Of a stretch of DNA of 64,000 nt, positions 30,077-38,304 are shown piece after piece. The notes beneath the pieces are model-generated. The model did no database searches. It was not told where the DNA came from and saw only the letters and a list, made by a program, of their open reading frames with translations. Both the position numbers and the translations under genes were made by a program. The DNA lies in the IMG/VR virus record IMGVR_UViG_3300030673_000004, positions 124,001-188,000 of that record; one strand, given 5' to 3'. Position 1 is the first letter of the stretch, and each line of letters begins with the position of its first letter.

Positions 30077-33000
30077 TTATACTGTTGTAACGGCATCTCA
30101 GTTCGATAGAGATCTTCATAGTATTAGTTCTGACTGGTCTAAGTATAAGGGTCCTGCTGTTCGCTGCGGCTTTGAAGCTGAAATGGCTTCTGCTTTATGG
30201 TGGTCTGATTTTGCAGATAAGTTACAATTGGCTCTAGGCATCAATAGGAGTAGCATAGTTGTAAGTGAGCGTTACGGCGCATCTCATGATGGGGATTACC
30301 GCTATTGGTCGGTAGAGTCAGACACATCAATTCAGGTTGATCCGGAGCACCAGTGTCAGATTGAAGTAGTCTCCCCGATACTTGGAATAGATGCTATGCT
30401 GGGGTCTTTGGAGAAGGTCTGCTCGTTGATGGCAACTAAGCAGAGTGGTAAGGCTCTAGCTATTTCAAATAACTCTACTGGATTGCATATAACATTCAGT
30501 CTAGAGGATACTAACCTAACTAAGGTCAATGTTGCTAAGCTGTACCTGTTGCTGGGTGAGGATTACTGGAGATTGGTTTTTGGGCGTAATGATACAAGCT
30601 ATGCAAAATCTGTAAAGCCTGCTTTGCTCGCTATGGTAGCTGAATTGTCTCGTTCTTCTGGCATGAAGAGCATGCAACAGTTTGATCTTGATAAGTTCTA
30701 TCAAGAGATGCGCAGTGATGACATTGGTCGCTATGGTACTATTAATATTTCCAATATAGTTAGCCAGAAAGACTTCCCCGATAAGCAGCGTATCGAGTTT
30801 AGGTTGCCTGGTGGTGCTGGTTATGAGCACAAGTTTTCATTATTAGCACGTGTAGCTCGTAGGTTTGCTTATGCTTTGTACGCATCAACCTGTGATGCTT
30901 ATGATGATGTTTTTGCACTTAAATTGTACAAGTTCCTAGATAAGTATAAAGAAGCTACTCATGAGGATGACCATCGTGTTAAAGCTATAGCAAATACCCA
31001 TGGATTCTCTTTAGTAGATTTTCCTGCAAATATGGATCAGAGTCGTGTTCGGTTATTTAGTTTCATTTATACTGGAAGTAGCCTTACGCACATAGAGGCG
31101 GATAATCCTGCTGCTGGATTCTCATCTGAGATAGAGAGTCAGATAGAGGCGTTGGCTGAGAAGTATGGTGGTCGAAGCATTTCTCTCGGGAGTCACGAGT
31201 TCAGCTTAAAGCCGGAAGTCTTGCTAACGCTGGACCATGGATCTTCGCAGAGATTGGCTTACGGTAAGTATACTGAAACATTGTTACATCTATTTGGGTT
31301 AACTACGAGCGTGCAGCTTTCTCAGTTTACTATGCAGGCTCTTGCAGAAAATTCAAATTGTACAGATATACTGTTTTCCATTATTTCTACTATGGCTGTA
31401 GGACCTCGGGGTGCTGCTGGTTGTTCATATGCTAACTTAGGTTTCTTCTTATCTCAACATGGTGGTGATTCAGATCCTTATGTAATCTATAATAAAGATT
31501 ACTTTCTTGATCATCCTGTTTATTTAGATTACTTCCTTGCTGGTTTTGGTGTAGAACCTAAAGACGGTATCTCTGATTCTTATTTGAGTGCTCTTCGTGG
31601 TATCTTGCAGTATGGTATGATACCGTCTGGTATTACCTCTAGTTTTGTTGGTAAGATAGCTGAAGCCGCTTTTGTGGCGAGTGACTCAGTAGATGCTAAG
31701 ATGCTGCTAAGTTCTTTAGCTACGAAGGGTTATTTAGTAAATGCGTCACAGGCTAGCCATGCTTTTGTACAAGAAGTACTGTCTGATACAGCTAAAGTTG
31801 ATGCATTATTCATGAGAAGAGATGTGGCAGAAATGAACCTTGGTTTTATTTATGGTGTAATAAATAAACTGGGTTTTGCTTCTGAGGTGCGTCCTGCTTT
31901 AATTCAGATAATCAAAGATCACGGCGGTTGGCGTGCATCCGAGACGTTTCCTCGTAATGCCTTAACGTTAGATTTATCTAACGCAGAACTGAACGAGATA
32001 GGTATAACAAATATACCTGGTATTAATCTGCATCCTGATATGCACACGATAAATGAGATACTCGTTGGACTTAAGAATCAGAACTATCCTAGAGACAGCA
32101 TTTCTGCTTTTTTTAATGGTCCCGACGTATTGAGTTATATTAAAACAGAAGATTTTATTGATGATGATGATTTCTGCATAAAATTAGTATCTGGTTGGCT
32201 TGCTAATTATGAAAACGTTCACGGTTCCCTTGTTGAGAATGAGATACTGCATAATGCGGGTATCGCATTTTGGTTTACATCCGCGCTGCATGAATTTGAC
32301 AAACACTTGTTATCTGTTCTTAGCTGGGGTGACGTAGATACTATTTATACCACAGTATTACATAGTAGTTATGCTAACGAGTTATTCCATAAGATTTTAT
32401 CTAGTAGTGCTGCGTCTAAAGAGTTGCCAGCATTTATGCGTGCCTACTTAACTTATGTGAGTTCTGCCAGTAGTGGTGGTATCACTAATGGTGCAATGGA
32501 TGCTCCTCCAAGTATCTATGTACCTTTGTTGAATGAGGCAGGTGTTAAAATACTAACTGCGTTTTTTGAGAAAGGCTTTATTTTTGAGCCTACGTTTAAG
32601 GCGTTGGCAATGACAGTAGACGCCTTTGTAGCATCTTCCTACATAACCGAGATAGCGCCACACTGTTTATTGCTGGATAAAGTGTTCTCAACCTATAAGA
32701 GTAAGTCTGTTGACCCTACTAATGAGAATGGCTTTTTGACTAATCGCATTGAGTCTCTTAGACGTGCGGGTTTTGATGTGCGTGATGTGGCACCAATAGC
32801 TACTAAAGAGTTACAGCATGAGACAGCACCCTATGTTCATGAGTTCTCTGCACCCTTTCAACCATCTCGTGGTGAGCGTAGATCTGTAGAAGATACAATT
32901 TCTTATATTGCAAACCCTCCGTTTCATAAATCTGACTTCTTTGGTGCTGTTGAAGCTATGCCTGCTGAAGATATGCCTGATCTTTTTGTGAAGATACAGT

Positions 33001-33593
33001 CGGGAGCACCCGTTGTTAAAGCTATGGGTTTTGGTCTGTTGACATCTGCGTCTATATACCCGATGGATGATCAGGGGAATCGCTTGATTAAACCTGAGGT
33101 ACTATTAGAGGGTCTTAAATACCCAGATTTTACTACCAACTTAGTGCTTGCTCTGGTGTCAGACGCTAAAGCAGAGACACACAGTTCTAGTACGACACAT
33201 AGAGTGTACGGTTATACTTGGAGTGATTTTTTCTATTTGCTGTTATCTCCTGATACTAAGCTAGGTCCTGTGACCTTTGATACTAAAGATTACTTAGTGA
33301 TGCTTGGTTATTTTGCAGCTTTTGTTAATCCATCTATCCTGTTATCTGAGAGATCTTTGGGATTTTATAAAACATTAGTAAATGAGATACCAGGAAGGTA
33401 TGCTGATCCTAGGACAGAGTCTTCTATTAAGCTTCTGTTGCATAAATTTGCCCGAGGTCTTGTTGAGTTTGATCCTGTTAATCACGTGCGTGTTTTAGAT
33501 CCCAATATGCCTTATCCGTTGCTTCGCTATGTGGCTAAGAATCTGTCAACAACCGCATACCTGCATAATTTCTTTGAAAACTTTTGTAAGTAG
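30066..33593 (+). CDS. Amidoligase-domain protein, paralog 5 (~1175 aa)
   Basis: CGFEAEM, YGASH, WSVESDTSI, IEVVSPI, TGLHITFS, RYGTIN and IEFRLPGG. ATG at 30051 or 30066. Confidence 0.85.
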   Translation: MATDYTVVTASQFDRDLHSISSDWSKYKGPAVRCGFEAEMASALWWSDFADKLQLALGINRSSIVVSERYGASHDGDYRYWSVESDTSIQVDPEHQCQIEVVSPILGIDAMLGSLEKVCSLMATKQSGKALAISNNSTGLHITFSLEDTNLTKVNVAKLYLLLGEDYWRLVFGRNDTSYAKSVKPALLAMVAELSRSSGMKSMQQFDLDKFYQEMRSDDIGRYGTINISNIVSQKDFPDKQRIEFRLPGGAGYEHKFSLLARVARRFAYALYASTCDAYDDVFALKLYKFLDKYKEATHEDDHRVKAIANTHGFSLVDFPANMDQSRVRLFSFIYTGSSLTHIEADNPAAGFSSEIESQIEALAEKYGGRSISLGSHEFSLKPEVLLTLDHGSSQRLAYGKYTETLLHLFGLTTSVQLSQFTMQALAENSNCTDILFSIISTMAVGPRGAAGCSYANLGFFLSQHGGDSDPYVIYNKDYFLDHPVYLDYFLAGFGVEPKDGISDSYLSALRGILQYGMIPSGITSSFVGKIAEAAFVASDSVDAKMLLSSLATKGYLVNASQASHAFVQEVLSDTAKVDALFMRRDVAEMNLGFIYGVINKLGFASEVRPALIQIIKDHGGWRASETFPRNALTLDLSNAELNEIGITNIPGINLHPDMHTINEILVGLKNQNYPRDSISAFFNGPDVLSYIKTEDFIDDDDFCIKLVSGWLANYENVHGSLVENEILHNAGIAFWFTSALHEFDKHLLSVLSWGDVDTIYTTVLHSSYANELFHKILSSSAASKELPAFMRAYLTYVSSASSGGITNGAMDAPPSIYVPLLNEAGVKILTAFFEKGFIFEPTFKALAMTVDAFVASSYITEIAPHCLLLDKVFSTYKSKSVDPTNENGFLTNRIESLRRAGFDVRDVAPIATKELQHETAPYVHEFSAPFQPSRGERRSVEDTISYIANPPFHKSDFFGAVEAMPAEDMPDLFVKIQSGAPVVKAMGFGLLTSASIYPMDDQGNRLIKPEVLLEGLKYPDFTTNLVLALVSDAKAETHSSSTTHRVYGYTWSDFFYLLLSPDTKLGPVTFDTKDYLVMLGYFAAFVNPSILLSERSLGFYKTLVNEIPGRYADPRTESSIKLLLHKFARGLVEFDPVNHVRVLDPNMPYPLLRYVAKNLSTTAYLHNFFENFCK

Positions 33594-33610
33594 CTAGGAA
33601 TAATTATCCT

Positions 33611-35410
33611 ATGAATACAAAGCCTGTTAAACTAGGTCATACACGTATGGGGTTTGAAGCTGAGTGTTTCTTAGATACGCGCAAATTGCAGTCTGTTCAT
33701 TTGGATGTAGGTACAGCCTTATCTAAATTCGTAGGACATCATAGTCGTATCAATGATCAGCTCGGTGAGGGTAAACTTCAACATCCTAATTACTCTTACT
33801 GGAATTTAACAGATGACAGTACCATACAAATACCCAATACGTCTGCCCAGGGCGTTGAGGTTGTATCTCCTATATTATCGTACCCGCAGTTCAGTTCTTC
33901 TGTTGAACATGTTTTTGATTTTATAGATGCCTTTGGTGGAACTAATGAAAGCTGCGGTTTTCATATTGGTGTTAGCTTGGATGGTGTAGATCTGTCTGAG
34001 ACTCTTGATGTCTTAAAACTGGTTGTGTTTATTGGCGAAGCTCATATAGCTCAGATGTTTGCTCGCTTTGACAATGACTATGCTCAGCGTCTAGAGCCTT
34101 TTGTATCTGATTATTTGAGTTCTTTTCATGACGTTACAGATCAGATAAAAGAGCTAGTAAAAAGACCTTTGTATCCTGTATCTAGCAGTACGGAGCATGT
34201 TATTCCGTGGGATAAGTATTTTAGCTTTAATTTTACAAAGATAAAATCTAAAAACTATATTGAATTTAGATTAATTGGTGGTGCTGACTACCATAAAAAA
34301 GCTAAGGATGTTTTGGTAGTTGCTCGGAGACTGGCTTGGGCGGTATCTGTTGCATGCGATCCAGAAGCCCTGAAAAGTGACTATGTGAATAAGCTACTGA
34401 GGATAGCTAGTTTGAGTCCTATTAGCTCTGTGTCTACCCATGTTCGTTTGAAGTTGGATGGAAATCAATGCCATATTGACGTTCCTCCCCCTTCCGATGC
34501 TTATGCAAGAACAGCGCTGCGTGATCATTTAACGCTCTCAGCCACTAAGTCTAATGCCGGCAGCTATGCGATCACGGCATGCTCTACAGATGATTTATCC
34601 GGTATTTACCGCGACTCTTTGTATGCGTTGCTAACGACAGGTGTGGGTGGTAACTTTAAGTTTACTATCTCGCCTAAAGCTGATCGTAATGTCTTTTGGA
34701 TAGTATTCTCGCTGTTGGATTTAGTTTCTTCTAATAAGGCTTTGTTGTATCTGCTTACAGCATGTCCCTCTGTATTTTATGTACTGGCTTCCGATGTTAC
34801 ATCTAAGGCTGTGGGTCGTGTTTTAGCATTATCGCATGATGCTTCAACTGCAATAGCTCTGCGCAGAGCGTTAGCGAAATGTAATCTAGCTGATGTAATA
34901 TCTGTGTATACTGCCCTGCATATGGTACCAACGCATATGGATCCTTCTGAGTTCTTAGGTGCCCTAGTAGACACTGGTGTTGATATTTTAGATTTGCCCG
35001 ACTACGCTAAGTATGTTCCTACTGTTTTTGACTCTGCACTAGAGTCGTTCTCTTATTTGGATCTTGTTGCACATAAATATCGTGATCTTGGTGTTATTCT
35101 GCAGATTCTAACATCACTGAATCCTGTGTTGCTTATGAACTCAGATCTGTTTCCTGTGGATAGCTCAAGTTCTTTAGCTCGTATGCTTTTAGAGCAGTGC
35201 CCCTCTGACTTTGACCCGTCCTATGCTGTTTCGTATCTACCTACTCTAGTCAGTATTCTCCAGCAGTATACAACAGAAGATCTTCCTATCTTCTTTCATT
35301 TGTTCGATATAGGCGTTGCTTTTGAGCGTCCTTATATTTTTGGATTGATCACAGCGCTAAAAAGCTACAATGTGGATAAGTCGTGGACAAAATGTTTACA
35401 GTTGCCTTGA
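33611..35410 (+). CDS. Amidoligase-domain protein, paralog 6 (599 aa)
   Basis: MGFEAEC, WNLTDDSTI, VEVVSPI, CGFHIGVS, KYFSFN and IEFRLIGG. Confidence 0.85.
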   Translation: MNTKPVKLGHTRMGFEAECFLDTRKLQSVHLDVGTALSKFVGHHSRINDQLGEGKLQHPNYSYWNLTDDSTIQIPNTSAQGVEVVSPILSYPQFSSSVEHVFDFIDAFGGTNESCGFHIGVSLDGVDLSETLDVLKLVVFIGEAHIAQMFARFDNDYAQRLEPFVSDYLSSFHDVTDQIKELVKRPLYPVSSSTEHVIPWDKYFSFNFTKIKSKNYIEFRLIGGADYHKKAKDVLVVARRLAWAVSVACDPEALKSDYVNKLLRIASLSPISSVSTHVRLKLDGNQCHIDVPPPSDAYARTALRDHLTLSATKSNAGSYAITACSTDDLSGIYRDSLYALLTTGVGGNFKFTISPKADRNVFWIVFSLLDLVSSNKALLYLLTACPSVFYVLASDVTSKAVGRVLALSHDASTAIALRRALAKCNLADVISVYTALHMVPTHMDPSEFLGALVDTGVDILDLPDYAKYVPTVFDSALESFSYLDLVAHKYRDLGVILQILTSLNPVLLMNSDLFPVDSSSSLARMLLEQCPSDFDPSYAVSYLPTLVSILQQYTTEDLPIFFHLFDIGVAFERPYIFGLITALKSYNVDKSWTKCLQLP

Positions 35411-35430
35411 AATCACTGTAAATATAGTTC

Positions 35431-36174
35431 ATGAGCCGTGAGGAATTACTAAAGTTACTTCTTAGCATTGTAGCTATGCTTCGTTTGGGTAAGGCTAAAC
35501 GAGCCTCGTTGCTTGTTGCTGAGTTATCTTTATATATTCCGGAGTCTCTTAAAGAGGGTCAGGTATTTCTACAGGCGTGTAAGGATATCCGGTTAGGGAA
35601 GCAGAATAATCTGCCTAAAAGTCAGTTTATGGATCTTATTGGACAGGCTTATGCTTTTGCTCAAGAATTACTTCCTTCTGTTCGCGTCCCTGACGATGTT
35701 GTGCTCCCTAGTAAACGTGCTCGGCGCATATGTATTGGTAACTCTTTTGATGCTTTGAGGATTCTTCAAAAAGAGGATCTACTTAAGAATCTTAGATACA
35801 TACACGCTCTGGCTTATGACGATGTTTACGCTCTGCGCATGATTAGAACTATAGATGCTGTGCGCGTACAAGATTCTACTCTGAGATATCAACCTATTAT
35901 TCTTAGTAATTCATACATAGCTGATGATGCTATTGCTCAGTATGCTACAGACTTAGGTATGCAGCTAATTCTACGTAGGTATATTCTGCTGACACGAGCA
36001 CCTATCCTAACATCCGATATCAGAGATTACTTTAGATGTTCTGATGTGCCCGATGGATTTAAGCCAATAGGGCATGCTCAACGGATTGAGGGGTCTACCT
36101 ATGGTATTTTGTATCTACCGGAAGCTCTGCTTCAGCATCCAGGAACATCAATAAGGAAATGGTCTGTCGTATGA
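35431..36174 (+). CDS. Hypothetical protein
   Basis: 247-aa ORF continuing the array operon; no motif recognised. Confidence 0.6.
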   Translation: MSREELLKLLLSIVAMLRLGKAKRASLLVAELSLYIPESLKEGQVFLQACKDIRLGKQNNLPKSQFMDLIGQAYAFAQELLPSVRVPDDVVLPSKRARRICIGNSFDALRILQKEDLLKNLRYIHALAYDDVYALRMIRTIDAVRVQDSTLRYQPIILSNSYIADDAIAQYATDLGMQLILRRYILLTRAPILTSDIRDYFRCSDVPDGFKPIGHAQRIEGSTYGILYLPEALLQHPGTSIRKWSVV

Positions 36175-36304
36175 AAGATAATCTAATAAGTCTGTATGAT
36201 TGTTTTGACCTATCTGAGGAGATTGAAATGACTAAGTCTTTACTCGGTCCATCTTTTGCTGTATTGATTTTGCTTGTTTATACAGTTATTGTGTCTATCA
36301 GCAT

Positions 36305-36628
36305 ATGATACTTATCGCTATTTTAGCTTATATAGCTTTGCTGTTATTAGATGATGGCACAGATACTAACATGCTCCTTTATATTCTACCAAGGTGGATA
36401 TTTCGTTTAGTTATATCCTGTTCTTTGGTTCTTGTAGTTATTTATACTCTATCTGTTAAATACACAGTTGAAGCCACTTCTTTTAGGCAAGTTTATTTTA
36501 CCGTGCATGATAGATATTTAACTACAGCACAAACTCTTGATTCAAGTTCTAGGACTTCCCTACAGGTTGAGTCAATTCAACCAGCGTCTCAGGACGATGT
36601 TTCTATAATACCACATTCAACAAAATAA
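36305..36628 (+). CDS. Small membrane protein (two hydrophobic segments)
   Basis: Hydrophobic N-terminal half; ATGA overlap with a short upstream hydrophobic ORF (36171 or 36228..36308). Confidence 0.5.
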   Translation: MILIAILAYIALLLLDDGTDTNMLLYILPRWIFRLVISCSLVLVVIYTLSVKYTVEATSFRQVYFTVHDRYLTTAQTLDSSSRTSLQVESIQPASQDDVSIIPHSTK

Positions 36629-36637
36629 AGGTGTATC

Positions 36638-37795
36638 ATGCCAAAGCCTAAGTCCAAGCGTCCTGATTTCGCACAGCCCCAGGGTGATCCTGATTCACAG
36701 TTGCTCGCAGAAGCTCTTCCAGGAATACCCGGAACTGAAGGAATGCGCCGACTGACTCCCGAGGAAGAGGCTACAGCTCTTCCTTTGCCTGTAAAGGAAC
36801 CTGCTGTGAAGAGGACAATTCCAAAGTGGCTTCCTCGTGAGTTAGATCTGACTGCTCTTCCTGAGGGAATGGAGGAGTATGTACACCCCGACCTCAAGTC
36901 CGCTATTGAGGAATCTCCGTTACAGACTGAAGGACTGGATGAGGTTCTTCGCGAAATTGAGAAGGAACAAGCCGTTGATTCACCTGTTCGTAGGCATTCT
37001 TCTTTTGCACAAGTACAGCCACCGGAAGTAACTGATGCTCCTGTGATTCCGCAGCAACTTCCTACCACACCAGTACCTCCTGTGCAACAATATCGACCTG
37101 CTGAGCCACCACGTCCTCCAGTTATGGCTTCTGGTGCTCGTCCCCCTGTAGCTACACGCCAAGCAGTTCCTACTAAGCCTCAGATTAAGCGACACCCTGT
37201 GTTTGATTCGCTTCTTCGGGATTTTGGTCTATCACAGGAATTGAAGTTTGAAGTCTATAAGGGGCATAAGTTTACCTTTCGACAGTACAATGCGGAACAA
37301 AATACTTTCTGTATTTCTTTGGCTGATACCCTGTCCACATCAGCGCTTGAGTATAACGAGAGGATACGCCAAAATTTAGTAGCTGTGTCTCTTGTTGCTG
37401 TTGATGACCAACCGATCTATGAGATCCTAGATTATAATCCACGAGATGCTGGGTTTGTTATGACGGATCCGTTTAATCTTCCAAGTAAGCTATCTATGCT
37501 GCTGGTTGAACATGTGCGTAAGTTGTTCTTAGAGCAGTTTGCTCCTGGCGTGATTATTGATTTGTGGTCTATTTATGACTCACTGTTTCCTGCTTCAGCC
37601 ATTAAAGATACAGCAGCTTCTCCTGATGAAGTTTGGCGGTTCAAGTGTCCTGTCACTGGATGCACTTATTCTGTAGATGCTGTGCCTGAATTTGATGGCC
37701 AGGGTTTGCCTAGAAAGCACTTCTGCCCAGAGCACGGTAACGAGTTGTCTATCATGGGGCAGGTAGCAGAGCTGGAGAATGTCCCTTTGGCATAA
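36638..37795 (+). CDS. Tail assembly chaperone (lambda gpG analogue)
   Basis: Upstream of the tape measure gene; ends 6 nt after a slippery heptamer. Pro-rich N-terminus and C-terminal CPVTGC...CPEH. Confidence 0.7.
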   Translation: MPKPKSKRPDFAQPQGDPDSQLLAEALPGIPGTEGMRRLTPEEEATALPLPVKEPAVKRTIPKWLPRELDLTALPEGMEEYVHPDLKSAIEESPLQTEGLDEVLREIEKEQAVDSPVRRHSSFAQVQPPEVTDAPVIPQQLPTTPVPPVQQYRPAEPPRPPVMASGARPPVATRQAVPTKPQIKRHPVFDSLLRDFGLSQELKFEVYKGHKFTFRQYNAEQNTFCISLADTLSTSALEYNERIRQNLVAVSLVAVDDQPIYEILDYNPRDAGFVMTDPFNLPSKLSMLLVEHVRKLFLEQFAPGVIIDLWSIYDSLFPASAIKDTAASPDEVWRFKCPVTGCTYSVDAVPEFDGQGLPRKHFCPEHGNELSIMGQVAELENVPLA

Positions 37796-37853
37796 AGCTC
37801 ACGGAGGGCGTACCTGCTCTAGCTCTCCGTGGGCATGTAGGGGCTGCCTACAA
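37783..37853 (+). other. Programmed -1 ribosomal frameshift signal
   Basis: In-frame C-CCT-TTG heptamer (37783-37789), a 13-bp stem GCTCACGGAGGGC/GCTCTCCGTGGGC starting 8 nt downstream, and a second TGTAGG/CCTACA hairpin. The -1 frame is open to 38304. Confidence 0.8.
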
Positions 37854-38304
37854 CCTCTTGCCCAATGATTCTACACTGCTCTTAGCTACAGAAGAGCAGC
37901 TTTTATTTGCTGATCACTATAAGCGTGTTCAAATGGACATGATGTTTGATCGTTTGGCGAAACTTCTAGGAGTGAAGTATTCGGCTCTTGACCTACAAGA
38001 ACTTGTTCGTGCTCTTGCTAACCCTAAACGGAAGGTACGTAAGGGTAAAGATGGAAAACCAGATCTACCTAAGGATTTATTCGTACCGCTAGCTCTACTT
38101 GTGAACCCGCAATCTATTGAGATTCTAAAGAATGCTGCTAAGGGGATGAAGCTTCGAGCTAGGGGTGATGGTGATCTATCTGGGATGGATAAGGATGCGT
38201 ACCAGGAACTGATGGAGAGATCTCTTCAGAAAACGATTAAAGATGCTGTTGCAGCACTGAATACTGAGGCTGACCATGATAAACCTATTCCTACGAAGAC
38301 ATAA
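37789..38304 (+). CDS. -1 frame segment of the chaperone fusion (lambda gpGT analogue, ~555 aa in total)
   Basis: The frame of track ORF 37858..38304 stays open upstream through the slippery site (GIKLTEGVPALALRGHVGAAYNLLPND...). The TTG start has no SD; the stop overlaps the tape measure ATG. Confidence 0.75.
   Translation, partial: GIKLTEGVPALALRGHVGAAYNLLPNDSTLLLATEEQLLFADHYKRVQMDMMFDRLAKLLGVKYSALDLQELVRALANPKRKVRKGKDGKPDLPKDLFVPLALLVNPQSIEILKNAAKGMKLRARGDGDLSGMDKDAYQELMERSLQKTIKDAVAALNTEADHDKPIPTKT

Noticed and set aside
22405-35410. DNA-level repeats, invertible segments or diversity-generating-retroelement targets in the paralog array
   Set aside because: Similarity between copies is at the protein-motif level only. 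No long near-identical repeats, recombinase or reverse transcriptase were seen in the window.
35380-35430. Promoter upstream of 35431
   Set aside because: Only partial -35 and -10 matches with inconsistent spacing.
36589-37068. 159-aa minus-strand ORF, and similar antisense ORFs at 46346..46804, 26048..26578, 21277..21765, 15384..15773, 44220..44600 and 63404..63787
   Set aside because: They lie opposite well-supported + strand genes, lack promoters and SD sites, and have shadow-like composition.
37858-38304. Independent gene starting at TTG 37858
   Set aside because: No SD, the start follows a hairpin, and the frame is open back to the slippery heptamer. Better explained as the -1 frameshift extension.
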